A DNA stretch of 64,000 bases from the human T2T-CHM13v2.0 reference genome, Homo sapiens. Location of the stretch: assembly GCF_009914755.1 (NCBI RefSeq), contig NC_060927.1. One strand, written 5' to 3'. Every line of letters starts with the position of its first letter. Within the stretch, counting starts at the first letter, position 1. The notes beneath the pieces were generated by a model, which was not told the DNA's origin, did not search any database, and worked only from the letters and a program-made list of their open reading frames with translations. Both the position numbers and the translations under genes were made by a program. Positions 43,097 to 56,314 of the stretch are shown piece by piece.

Positions 43097-43718
43097 TAAA
43101 ATCTCGAAAGTTTTTAAGCTAGAAGAAAAAAAGTTTCAAGAAAAATAAAAGCATCCTTGATTTCAAAGCTTCTGACTTACAGTCAATCTCCTGTTGATCA
43201 ATTTTTGTCTCATCTTCTAAGAAGAGTTACTAGTAACATTTGAGTCTATTATTGTTTAAAAAATAATAAAATGTAAACATCACTCTTAGCAACTCTTGTC
43301 TTGAAAAGTGAAGGAATAAAGAGTTTGTGAAATTCAAATGTATCTTAGAGGAAATGATCCCCAAAGTCACATACAAATTATTCAAAATAAATCTTTGTTT
43401 GTTCTAGATCACTATCCCCAAAATGTCTTCATTCATATCATAATTTTTTAATATTATTTTGATATAGTGCTTGAAATTCTTCCAAGTAAAGATTGGTTTG
43501 GTTAATGGCCTCCTTTAAAAAAACAAATGCAGGTATCTCCCTTGAATCTTGTTAAAAGGCTTTCAGTCACTCATAGGTAAGTGTGAATTGTTTAGTTAGC
43601 GTGTTTCCATCCTAACGGCTCTACTCAAACAGGAAGAAGAAAAGGAAAGTTACATACCATACTTTGATGGGAAGGGGTCCTGAGACTTCTTTAGTCCTTA
43701 AAATAAGGGACCAAATAT

Positions 43719-44050
43719 GAGAAAACATGAGACCCATGGGAGTTATGTGTTTTCAGTCTTAGGATATTTATCTCCAAATACCCATGCATTTCCTGTCAAC
43801 CATTCTATAGAAACTATCTATACCCATGTAGTACTATATATTTTTTTAACTTTAGCTTTTGTAAAAAAAAAAAACAAAACATAGTAAGAATATTTAAAGC
43901 TCTACTCTTCTAAATGACAGCTACACATCAGTTACCATTACTGAAATATGTCTCTGAAGAAGACTTAATGCCACCCTGGTAAAAATAGCAGTGGGTTATT
44001 GAGGATCACACATTCTGAGTTCTCACTCCGTAATTTGGTGAGAAAAAAAA
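43719..44050 (+). repeat. Local duplication copy 2
   Basis: Colinear with 42195-42540. Confidence 0.95.
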
Positions 44051-44923
44051 CAAAGATGTGCTTTTTTTGTTTATTTTTTTTTGTTTTAAAGCTGGTAAAT
44101 GAGTGCACAAGGCTATCTGCATATATTGTTAAATGTTAGCTTTGAACAACCCTGTTCAAGAAAAGGAGAAAATATCTTTCACTTGCTGTGCCATGTATCC
44201 AACAACAATCAAAACTAGGAATTTAGACTTGTTCCATTAGTAACATACTTTAGCTACATTAATGATCACATAGGACTTTGTGTACTGGCTTGTGAACTTG
44301 ATTATTTCTAATGCTGTTTCTACGGGAAAGCACATGTTGAGTCCTCACATACAAACTTTAAACTTTTTTACTGCATTGGGAAAGTTGGAAACTGCTTTTA
44401 TTGGTTACTCTTTTCTTTGCTAATTATAAGTGATTTACTCTGAAATGATTGCAATGAGCAAACAGAATAACAATAGTGTAATAATAATAAAACATTTGTC
44501 TTCTAATTTTCTCTGAAATCATAATCAGAAGAATGGTTAATGACTGATTCAGGATAGCAAGTAAGAAATTCTTATTTGTTTTTTTAGCAAATCTTTACTG
44601 AAGGCATATTATGCTCCAGATAGTGTGCAAAGCTCTATATACACAGTGCTTAAAAATAGGTGGACAAGATACCTGTTCTTGGAGAAATTACAGTTTTGTG
44701 AAATTATATCTTGAGTTCTCCTGGAAAAATGTATGTTAATATTTTGGGCTTACCCTTCCATAAACCACAGATGTGCTAGAATCTTCTGCATTTCACCAAC
44801 AACTAAATGAAATGTTACAAGAAGCAATATAATAAAAACATATCAAAGTTGGAAAAACCTTATGTTAATATTGTTACTTTTTTCATTAATTTGGAATTAG
44901 GAATAATTTGAGCATAGATTTAC

Positions 44924-46619
44924 TTTTTTTTTTCTTTTTTATTATACTTTAAGTTCTAGGGTACATGTGCACAACGTGCAGGTTTGTTACATAGGTATAC
45001 ATGTCCCATGCTGGTTTGCTGCACCCATCAACTTATTATTTACATTAGGTATTTCTCCTAATGCTATCCCTCCCCAAGACCCCCCACCCCCCAACAGGCC
45101 CCAGTGTGTGATGTCCCCCTTCCTGTGTCCAAGTGTTCTCATTGTTCAATTCCCACCTATGAGTGAGAATATGCGGTGTTTGGTTTTCTGTCTTTGTGAT
45201 AGTTTGCTGAGAATGATGGTTTCCAGCTTCATCCATGACCCTACAAAGGACATTAACTCATCCTTTTTTATGGCTGCATAGTATTCCATGGTGTATATGT
45301 GCCACAATTTTCTTAATCCAGTCTATCATTGATGGACATTTGGGTGGGTTCCAAGTCTTTGCTATTGTGAATAGTGCTGCAATAAACATACGCGTGCATG
45401 TGTCTTTACAGCAGCATGTTTTATAATCCTTTGAGTATATACCCAGTAATGGGATGGCTGGGTCAAATGGTATTTCTAGTTCTAGATCACTGAGGAATCG
45501 CCACACTGACTTCCACAATGGTTGAACTAGTTTACAGTCCCACCAACAGTGTAAAAGTGTTCCTATTTCTCCACATCCTCTCCAGCACCTGTTGTTTCCT
45601 GACTTTTTAATGATCACCATTCTAACTGGTATGAGATGGTATCTCATTGTGGTTTTGATTTGTATTTCTCTGATGGCCAGTGATGATGAGCATTTTTTCA
45701 TGTGTCTTTTGGCTGCATAAATGTCTTCTTTTGAGAAGTGTCTGTTCATATCGTTTGCCCACTTTTTGATGGGGTTGTTTGTTTTTTTCTTGTAAATTTG
45801 TTTGAGTGCATTGTAGATTCTGGGTATTAGCCCTTTGTCAGATGAGTAGATTGCAAACATTTTCTCCCATTCTGTAGGTTGCCTGTTCACTCTGATGGTA
45901 GTTTCTTTTGCTGTGCAGAAGCTCTTTAGTTTAATTAGATCCCATCTGTCAATTTTGGCTTTTGTTGCCATTGCTTTTGGTGTTTTAGACATGAAGTCCT
46001 TGCCCATGCCTATGTCCTGAATGGTATTGCCTAGGTTTTCTTTTAGGGATTTTATGGTTTGAGGTCTAACATTTAAGTCTTTAATCCATCTTGAATTAAT
46101 TTTTGTATAAGGTGTAAGGAAGGGATCCAGTATCAGCTTTCTACATATGGCTAGCCAGTTTTCCCAGCACCATTTATTAAGTAGGGAATCCTTTCCCCAT
46201 TTCTTGTTTTTGTCAGGTGTGTCAAAGATCAGATAGTTGTAGACATGTGGCATTATTTCTGAGGGCTCTGTTCTGTCCCATTGGTCTATATCTCTGTTTT
46301 GGTACCAGTACCATGCTGTTTTGGTTACTGTAGCCTTGTAGTATTGTTTGAAGTCAGGTAGCTTGATGCCTCCAGCGTTGTTCTTTTGGCTTAGGACTGA
46401 CTTGGCAATGTGGGCTCTTTTTTGGTTCCATATGAACTTTAAAGTAGTTTTTTCCAATTCTGTGATGAAAGTCATTGGTAGCTTGATGGGGATGGCATTG
46501 AATCTATAAATTACCTTGGACGGTATGGCTATTTTCATGGTATTGATTCTTCCTACCCATGAGCATGGAATGTTCTTCCATTTGTTTGTATCCTCTTTTA
46601 TTTCATTGAGCAGTGGTTT
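44924..46619 (-). mobile_element. 5'-truncated L1PA (PA5/PA6-like), about 1.7 kb
   Basis: Poly-A tail, 3' UTR ...gtaccctagaacttaaagtataat, G-rich tract, ORF2 C-terminal coding sequence. Confidence 0.97.
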
Positions 46620-46712
46620 TGTCCCATCAGCCATTTTAAATTCAAACTGAACTTCTTTTAATGTCCAGTACATTCTTACCAAGTCGAGTACATTCTTACC
46701 AAGTATTTTCAT
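45258..46712 (-). pseudogene. L1 ORF2p C-terminal fragment (post-RT region with CCHC motif) in a 484-aa ORF opened by flanking ATGs
   Basis: From [21 protein letters not shown] to IDWIKK it is ORF2p, including CWRGC..HCWWDC; the first ~31 aa are non-L1; a 1-nt insertion near 45306 frameshifts the end. Confidence 0.9.
46663..46704. repeat. 20-bp tandem duplication
   Basis: gtccagtacattcttaccaa / gtcgagtacattcttaccaa. Confidence 0.95.
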
Positions 46713-47250
46713 TCTAAACTATGGTGGATTTTGAAAGAGAGTTTAACAAAGTAAACTAGTCCTTCCTTAGTTTATTCTACTAATTGTGCAAAATTATTCT
46801 ATTTTGGTGGCTTCTGGGTCTGATGTTACTGCATGATTAAGTAAAGCATTGCTGACAGTGTCCCCTATCATTATTAACTGATACACAATCTAATATGTGT
46901 CTGCCAGTTTGTCTGCCCCAGTATTACAGATCTGCTTATTGTCTTCTTGTGTATAAGTTAATGAGATGAGTAAAAAGAAGTATTAAGACATAATTAGTGT
47001 GTGCTAGATATTTAATTTGTATCCCTTCTTCTGCTTATTCTGAGATAAATTATTTCAGTATTTTAAAATCCCATAGTTATATGCTACTCCATATTTTACA
47101 GAAAGTTTTGTTTTAGGTAGTATTAAATAGAAATAATTGTTTTTGTTTTTAGTATGCATGAAAAACACAAATCACAACATTTTAATCTATATTGCTCACT
47201 TTAATCAATACTTTTTATATATGTGACCATATGTGTTAAAGCATTTTAAA

Positions 47251-47295
47251 TTGATCTGATAGTAGATGGATATTTGATCTGATAGTAGATGGATA
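47251..47295. repeat. 23-bp-period tandem duplication
   Basis: ttgatctgatagtagatggata occurs twice, identical. Confidence 0.95.
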
Positions 47296-47699
47296 ATGTT
47301 ATACCTTACAATGAATTTCTATTTCTCCTATTATTATATTTCTCCTGTTGAGTGATAGTGCTTATTGAACAGTATAATATGTGAAGTCAGTTGTGGGGTC
47401 TAATGTTCTTTTACATTTTTATCAATGACTCTGCTCACTAATTGACAGCATGATCCTTCCGTATGATGCTAAATTAGAAGAGTTCCCTAATATCTTCGAA
47501 CACATGGGCAAAGTCTGAAATGGTTTTCAAAGATTAGAGAAGAGTTTTATGAAAGCAATGTAATTATTATGTTACAAGTGAAAAGAAATACCAATAGTGT
47601 AAAAAGTAAGAGAAAGACCAGATCAAGAGTGACATGAGAGAGAAGATCGTATAAGTTGAGCTTCTGATGTCTCAGTTTTACATAATGTATCCTCACTGG

Positions 47700-48136
47700 G
47701 CATATCACTTAGTTTTTGCTGCATAAGTATTGACAACAAAACAAAACGATTTTATTTTGCTTACGAAGCTGTGGATCTGCAGTTTGGTTGTTCTGATCTA
47801 GGCAGGGCTTGCTGTTGTATTGCAGCAGTTGCCATGTCAGCTGGGAAATGGCCCAAAATGACCTCAGAGGGAGGGCTTAGCTCAGCCCCATATGCTTTCC
47901 CATCATCTAGGAAACTAGCCAGAGCTTGTTCACATTTTGGTGCAGGATTCCAACAGGGAGCACAAAAGAACATAAATCCTCTTGAGTCATGGGCTCAGAA
48001 CAGTTCAACATCACTTGCACTGTATTCTATTGGCCAAAGCAAGCCACAAGACCAGCTCAGAATCCAGGGTGGAGAGAATCTATCTCTTCATGGAAGATTC
48101 TACAATGTTCTGTGGTCAGTTTTACAACCTGACACA
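47700..48136 (-). mobile_element. MLT1 (G/H/I-like) LTR
   Basis: tttttgctgcataa...catcacttgcactgtattctattggccaaagcaagccacaagaccagctcagaatccagggtggag. Confidence 0.8.
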
Positions 48137-48409
48137 GTAAATAGTTATTATACTGGCCTACATATTAGGGAGCATTGATTGTTGCTTACTTTTGGAGGAC
48201 AAATTGATTGATACTTGCGTTCATCTATTATAATAAATAATGGAGATAAGGACATATCACAGATACTGAAGATGAGAAGAACATTGAAAAGAAAATAAAA
48301 GCTAGATTGTGTAAAACATTAACCCAAGAAAGAGAGGGAGAAAGAGAGAAGTTGAAAGTACTTTCAAGAAATATGGACCAAAAATTTAAAGACAAAGGTC
48401 CTAGTCTCA

Positions 48410-48575
48410 GGTCATATTCACAATGTTTAACATACATACTTTATAGAATTTCAAGAAACTTCCACATACATTTAATCCTTACATGACAAAAATAACATAC
48501 ATGTAATACTCATAATAGTAAGACAAATATTATTACTCAACAATTTATAGCTATGGAAACTGAGGCTCATAACAT
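48410..48575 (-). mobile_element. MIR
   Basis: tttaatcctta...tattattactcaacaatttatagctatggaaactgaggctca. Confidence 0.55.
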
Positions 48576-50379
48576 ACCGTGTGTAATAGTTACTTTAAAC
48601 AAAATGGTATTTCCTTTTAGGGAAAAAGTTATACAGGTAATTGAGTACAAAAACCCTTCACATCGTGATATTCTCAAGTGAGTGCACAACTAGCCTATGA
48701 CTAATTTTCACGCCTGGGGGAATTTGGTGATTGATGAAGCCTATGTGCTGGCAATTCTCTGGAAAGGTTGAATTAAGTCCACCTTCTCACACACACTGCA
48801 GACAGGCTTGCCAAGTATATTGAGGGTGTAAGCCTGATCATAGGAAACATTTTTATTTGCTTAGTAAAACACTTTTTAATGGATCTTAATATTCATATCT
48901 ACTTACTGAAGCAGACCCAGCAAGGCTTCAACTTAGAAGTATTTAATTAACTATAGCTCAAATTAATATTTATATACAAAATCAATGAAACTACATTAAT
49001 GTTCATACTGGCTTTCTCCCAAATTAGTCCAAATCCACAGGTCTTCTGTGCTGTGTATTCAGGCTTTCTGCTTGGAGTGATGATGTGCTTACAGAATACA
49101 TTTTCAATTATCTACTGAGAGAAGAGAAGTTTTCCTTTTTTTTTTAACTGTAAAATGAGTAATGATCTTGAACACCTATTAATAAGTAAATAGATTGTGG
49201 AATGAACTCTTGTTTCTTTACTCAGACTCAGGATTAGTACTGTCACCTACAGCCTGGGTGGTTTAGAATCTGACCATAAGTAAGAGAGGGCACTCAAGGT
49301 TATTATGAAATAAAAGTGATAACCCCCTTGTAGATAGGTAACTGGGGTTACCTATAAATCCCTTACTCCAGATAATAGTTTTCTTTACCTTGAAGAGAAA
49401 AATGTCCAACATGCCTGCTGTTATTTACACTGTTTTTTGAACCTATGTCTTTACAACAGAACAGAGTCAAATTCTTTTGGTGTAGGACTCCTTGTTAAAA
49501 TAACATTACACAGTTTAGAAATGTCAATCATGTTTTATCCCCTGGAGAAACTGTATTCCAGCTAATGGTATTCATTCTAGTCATAATTACAGAAATTTCA
49601 GTTCTTGACTAAATACAGAAAAGACCCACAATTTAGCAAGAAATGTGTGTCAAGACTGATAACATGCATGAGGAAGGAGACCTTGGGGTTTGTATAAAAT
49701 ACATTTTTCAAGAGTTGTATGCTTTCTGCCACTGTTGAGGCTCCTAAGGCAGGCCTTATTCCGCCGTGCTGATTTTCATCTTTGTAAGTAGGTACTTTCC
49801 AATTTAGTATAGAAACATATATACCTTTGTGTTCTTTGTCTGTTTCATGTGTTGTTTTTCTTAAAAATTGGTAAAGTTGAAGATATGGATAAATTTTCAT
49901 TGCTTTTGTATCCTCCTGCAACTAGCACAATACATGATATATAGCAGGTGTTCACCACATGCTTCCTGGTAAATTTCTGGCTCTCTGCACTCTTTTGCTC
50001 CCAACATTTCCAGAGTTATTTTGTTCCTCCTTTATATTACACTTCAACCTGAGTCGAGATGACCTGATTAATGTCCAGAGAGAAAAGGAAAAAAGAACCA
50101 GGTCCTGATTTTGGCCAAAAATACTCCCCAAGACCTATAAGAACATTCCCCTTGGAAATAGACCACTGAGGAAGTTATTTCGCTCATGTGCTGTGATGAG
50201 ATGTACATGGACTCTATAAACCTGAGTGATTCCCGTATATCTGCACATATACCTGGTAGGTCAGTGAAGGTCTTTGGGTCCTATAAGAATCATTAAAACA
50301 GCAAATATTAACTGCTAAGCACCCAATAGATCCACACCCTGCCTCCAGAGCTTCCCCTTTGCCAGCCTCTCAGTCTGGA

Positions 50380-50700
50380 TGCTTCTCCCTCAGTTTATCT
50401 CCTTATTCAAGGCCCTGCATCTCCTGTTAAGTTCCAACTAGTCTAAGCATCTGCTACTTATTTCAGGCAGAGTGGTTATTCCTTCTTCTGAACTTTCTCA
50501 ATATTTATGTTTACAAACACCCATTAGAAACTTATTTATAGGTAGCTGGCATTTTCATGACTTTTTTTCTAAGCATGGCTTCTTCAAATGTCTTAAAAAT
50601 CCCTGAAGACAGAGATAGTGTCTTACATGTCTTTGTGTGCAAAGTTCCTAAGACAGAGCTTTGAATCTAGCAAGTACTTGGTAAACATTTTGAATGATAA
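50380..50700 (+). mobile_element. L2 3' fragment
   Basis: ccctgaagacagagatagtgtcttac...tagcaagtacttggtaaacattttgaatga. Confidence 0.5.
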
Positions 50701-53530
50701 TACCTATTGAAGAAAGTTATTTTGAATATAAGAAAGTGGAATGGGGGTAGAAATGCATATATAAACTGATAGTAAAAGAAATAAATAAAAAATACCTTTC
50801 ACATCTAAAGTGCTTTTTAGTTTAACAGTGTGTTCACAGATGCTACCACATTTGTTACACACATTTATAAAATCTGAATAATAAAATGCTTTAGATACAG
50901 AGGTAATTTCCAAAACATGACATGACATGCTATGAGTCTTAACGCATCCAGTTTAGCACCATATATTTAAGAGCCACGGTGACGTTTTTCAAGTTTACCC
51001 AACAGCCATCATTTGCGTGCCTGCTAAATTTCTAGATACAAGCACCAACTCTAAAACGGTGAATGTTGGTTTCACCTAAGAACAAAGAAGCAACAGTATA
51101 GTTCCACTTCTTTCTCCCTCTAAAATTATGTTGCATAAATGAAATCTGATACCGTACTTTGAGGAAAATAGGGCAGGAACAGAGCTATTACTTTAAAGCA
51201 GACGCATTTTCAAGGAGAAATCCAAATTGGAATGTCAGCTAATGCCAGTAGTATCAGAGTTTTGGCTGCAAAACCATCAGTTTACGGACTTATTAACAGT
51301 TCATAAAATGTGTGGCATTCTTCTGGTTCTTGTCACTGGTCAACATATGCTCTAAATTTACAACAGACTGAAACACAATTTCATCGGTATTAAAAATAGT
51401 TGTGAGTATCACAATAGAAATATCACAAACCACAGCAGAAATATGATGCTTATTCAAAGAACAGCAGATCTTTTCACATATGGTCAGTGATGGACAACTC
51501 TGCCAACACATGAACAGGGGGGTTTGAGAGGGGATTTTGAAGGGGGATTTCTAAATGATGAAAATTGTAACTTCTCCATTTCATAAACATCATCCTGTTT
51601 CAAATCTATGATTCTTCTAGACTAGAATTCCAAATGGGCTAATGGTGCCAAGATTCTCTATGTGTGGGCAAGCTCTTCCTCATAATATCAAACTCAAACA
51701 GTAATGACATCATGAACATCCTTCTAATCCTTAATAAGCTAACAATTCTAGAACTATACATGAAGTTGTTCTTTTATTTTTGCTCCAAAATCTTTCTGCT
51801 TAATATATTATGTTGCCCATGTGTGTGACCATCTGCTTAGAATGTGAGCTGATCAATGTGAAGGATCCTATCTTCTTTTATGTGTTTCCTCACTATTCAC
51901 TGATTTTCACAAGGCACCTAGCAAAATAACTAGCCCAAATCAGGAATTAATGAGTAATTTTTAAATAAAAGCATTTTTAAGTTTACTATATTATTGGAGA
52001 GAGTATGGTAATATACTTGTAGAAATGTGTGTGAATCTTGTATTACTAATTATCATGCATGAATTTACCTTTTAAAATAAATTTAACCTTTCAGTCACAT
52101 TAACATTTATAGTACTAAATTTATGAGTGTTCAAATTAATAATTTATTTGTCCCTAGATTATCTCTTTCATGTTCCAGAAATGGCCCTTATAGCCTATAT
52201 TATGGGACTTGATGACAAATTAATTCTAAATTTATTAATGTTATTAGTGTATATCTTAACTTATACACCACATAAAATGTTTCTTTCTCTAAAAATTTAT
52301 AATGCTTATATATATTCAAAATTTAAATCTTAAGGATGACTCTGGCTATATTTAAGGGTGTGACTTATATTGATAATACATTATTTTGTATTAAAATATT
52401 CTTCATATTTTATCATGATCTATTTTATAATCACAGATCATTTGATATTATAAAATTAATACTTTAGTAAAGTAGCTTAAAAGTATTCAAAAATCCAATA
52501 ACTATTAGAATAAAAACATAGTCATGATTCTACTTATAGTTTAGTATTAAAAAGTGACATCTTTAGTTCCTAAGAAGCTCTAATACACAAATATAATAAT
52601 TCATTTAAGCTTTGAAATTTTTAATCTTGTCTAAACACTGGCAAATAATTTCAATTTGGATTTTAGTCTTCAATGATATCTTTTTGTCTCAGTCTCTAAA
52701 TCTCACCCATAGATAATTATTAATTTAATTGTGGTTTATGTTACCTTTTTATGTTTTCCTTTTTGATCTGGCACACCCATGAAAGTCAGGGAAATAATAC
52801 AATAATATTTACTTAGTCTATGTTCAGAATACATATTAAAGAAAGAGGCAAATACCTACTCAAACATTCATGTATAATGACAACATCAAAGCATTCTGAT
52901 GACTGACCATATGTCTAGAAATACACTGTAATTAAGGCAGATCAGAAATCTCCCTAAGTCTTTCATAGTTTAACCACAAGGAAAAATAAAAGGAGAAAGC
53001 AAGCTATCTCTTGAGCGTTTTGATTATATTATTCTCTAGTTTTTATCTCTATACAGTTTCTAATATTTTTCTATACACATTTGTGAATATAGTCAATGCA
53101 TAATAAATATTCTTTGTTATGTAGCACCTTTGTAGTTCCTTAAACTACTTGGAAGCAATAACCTTCATGAAATAAGAATCAGCACATTACTTTACAGTTC
53201 TGAAAGCATACTTGATAATTACTGTCCCTATAGCTGCAGAAAATATGGGAGCAAGACACCTCCATATCCAGGAAGAATTCAGAATAGGCAATAAGATAGG
53301 AAATTTCTTTCAGAGGAATACTTTAGTGATATTACCTAGCTCATAGTGCTGTGAGGCTAAAGAAGATAGTACATATAAACTGGTTTGAAAAGTGTGTTGT
53401 ACATACTCAGTGCTCAACACAAGAACAATTATAATCACCATTAGTCTTTGTTTTTTTCCCATGCCTTTCTTCACGGCCACTTCTCTACTCAGTTTAGACT
53501 GACTGCAGGGTAGACTTTCCAGACATGGAG

Positions 53531-53823
53531 AATTTTTTCTTTGTTCGTTTGTTTTTTGAGACAGAGTCTCACTCTGTCACTCAGGCTGGAGGGCAATGGT
53601 GCGATATCGGCTCACTGCAAGCTCCGCCTCCTGGGTTCAAGCGATTCTCCTACCTCAGCCTCCCATTGCAAGCGCCTGCCACCACACCCGGCTAATTTTT
53701 GTATTTTTAGTAGAGACAGAGTTTTGCCATGTTGACCAGGCTGGTCTCGAACTCCTGACGTCAGGTGATCCACCTGACTCGGCCAAGTTCTGGGATTACT
53801 GGTGTGAGCCACCACGCCCAGCC
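53531..53823 (-). mobile_element. AluSx-like with two short internal deletions
   Basis: TSD gacatggag (53522, 53824). Confidence 0.94.
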
Positions 53824-54874
53824 GACATGGAGGTTCTTTAATCAGATCCAGTGAATATTTTCTGGAAAAGTTGTGAGATGCATGTTTTCTCTCTCTGCCT
53901 GGGATTTATCTAGTTGGATGCTCTAATAGAGGCATTTATTATGAACATGGCAGTCTCAGAATATATAATCAAACTTAAAACATGTTTTTATACAGAAATG
54001 TATGCTCACTTCTTTGATTTTGTTTCAGGTGATAAATCATCAGTTTTTAAAAACTTTGAAAATCTTAAAGTCTTATCTGAATCAAAGATAATTAACTTTT
54101 AGTGCCTTTATAATAAAGGTCTATATCATAAACTCTGGTTATATCAATAACAGAAATATTTTGTTGTCCTGTTAAACTTTTTAGAAATCTCAGGATTTAA
54201 TGATTATTGACATTAATTAAATCTTCATAGCTCTTTTGGTTGCTTTCTCAAATACAGGAATAGGCTTTGTGGCTTGTAATCCTGCCAACAGTATGAAAAG
54301 AAGAAAGAGGTATAAAGAAAATCCATAGGCAACAATGGCTTCCGCTTTTAGTTCTTTGTTGCTTGCTGGCAACTAGTTGAGTAATAGTTCAGGATTGGAA
54401 GTAGAAGGAGAGACTGCAACTGAAGCCATGCCTACTCCCACATTTTACTCCCTGTGAAAAGAGAAACCCTGTTAGGTCAGTCACTTGCCTGAAGCTATAC
54501 AATGTCCATGGTATTTCTAACTTATCCAGGAAAGCAATCTAAACCAAATGTCTAAATTTACTTGCAAGCTGCTTATCATCAAAGTTCCCATTCATGCTTT
54601 TGGGACCAAAACGATTATTGAGAGATGTGTAGCAGAGTCAGAAGGAAGCCCCATTACAGCATAGGCATTTCGCTTTCAGTAAAATGTTTCGGTGCTGATA
54701 TTTGTTTTCTCAAATATTTTTCAGACAGTTTTCTAAAATAATGTCATGATGATGACATAAACCATTCCTTCTATAAAGTTAGACTCCATCCGCCTTAGCA
54801 CCTTCATCGGGCTTCTCATGCAGTCCCCATCTTAGACATTTCAGACACAGTATTCCCCAGAATTACCACGCCTC

Positions 54875-55071
54875 GCTAGGTGTCCAAGGAAGAAAATGTG
54901 GTCATGGGTTCTTAGTTTCTGTTTCTGATTGGGCCAGTAAAGTCCTTTTCTCATCCCTCTTCTACACTTATCACCAGAGACAGAAACGAAAAACCATGGC
55001 TTCGGGGCTGCTAAAAGCCTAAAACCAGAACAGAACAACAACAACAAAATAAGACAGGTTGGACACGCTTG
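54875..55071. mobile_element. MER30-family (MER30B-like) hAT MITE
   Basis: Ends ggtgtccaa...ggttggacacgcttg resemble MER30 TIRs; about 197 bp. Confidence 0.75.
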
Positions 55072-56278
55072 GCAGGCTTTTCCCTTTACCTACGCTTTTC
55101 TTCCCACCGCTCAGACCTTGTCAAACCTCTCCCCATTCAAATGGCACCACCACTGAAAAGCTTTTCCTGACTCTATGGCCGCCGCCTTGCTGTGGTGCGC
55201 CAGGTGCTGCATTTTAAGTATCTGAAAACACAGTTTGCCTCCAGCTACCTTGGGAGTTTTTTACCCAGGTCTTTACATTTGTAATGACGAGCACCAAGCA
55301 CAGTTTTTGGAACAGATTTGATCCTATTATCCTATTAATTGCCAATAATGGACCATTTGTTTGGCATATCATTCCTTATATTTGTTGTTCAATATGTTTT
55401 ATAAAGTAAAATGGGCATATGCTGTAAAGACAGATCATCGTTCAGTTCTAATGCACTAATTTCATTTATGCTTCAAAATGGGCTTTATGTTTTGATAATG
55501 AGAAAAGAAAGAAGTTTTATTTAAAGTGGTGGTGTACCTATGGATCTTCTTTTAGGACTAATAAATATTGTACTTTATGGAGTACAGGGAACAAAATAAG
55601 AATGATATAAACGACAGTAGAAGGTTGTAAGGAAACAAGGCTAGTAACTGATGGATTGGCCAGTTGAGTTGATTCCACCATGGTAGTGGATTATTTATGA
55701 TTTCTGAGGAAACCCGACCCACAATGTGAATTTGGTTTCTAAAGCTGCCCTAGTCTCAAAGTTATAAAGAAGATTACGAAGCAAAAAAGGATGCAGTGTT
55801 CTAGTCTGAATTGTGTTTACACCAGAATTGGCACTATTCATAAATATTCTGTCTCTTTGTCCTTCAAAGAATATATTGGTTTTCTGAATTGTTGCTTTTT
55901 AATGAGTCAATTATTAGACTAAGTGCTTTCTTGGAAAACTAGTTTAATAATAACCTTCTAGTATAAATTATATAAAATCAAGTTAGTCTTATTTGAGCTT
56001 TAGATATATTTGCTTATAGACTTTTTTTTTCAGATTCTTTTAGCTACCAGTTAATCTTTACCACATAAAGGGTAAAGACAGTCACTTCTATAGTCATTCA
56101 CACATCAGTAGTACAAGTAGTCTTTCCTGCCTGTTATGTTTGTTAAGGATTCACTGTACCTTTAAGACTCAGGCATTATCCAACCAGGACCATATATGTG
56201 ATTAATAGGAATATAGAAATCAAAAATAGACACATATAATGTATATACTGGCCAAATGTTGATAATAGAATTTTAATA

Positions 56279-56280
<2 letters not shown>

Positions 56281-56312
<32 letters not shown>
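56281..56312. repeat. (TG)16 microsatellite
   Basis: Directly visible. Confidence 0.97.

Positions 56313-56314
<2 letters not shown>

Noticed and set aside
45068-45092. G-quadruplex motif on the minus strand
   Set aside because: Real, but the well-known G-rich tract of the L1PA 3' UTR
44924-46619. Active L1
   Set aside because: No 5' UTR, ORF1, EN or RT core, and a frameshift near the ORF2 end
47771-48178. 135-aa ORF
   Set aside because: Lies within an MLT1 LTR, starts at a GTG rather than an ATG, no recognisable domain
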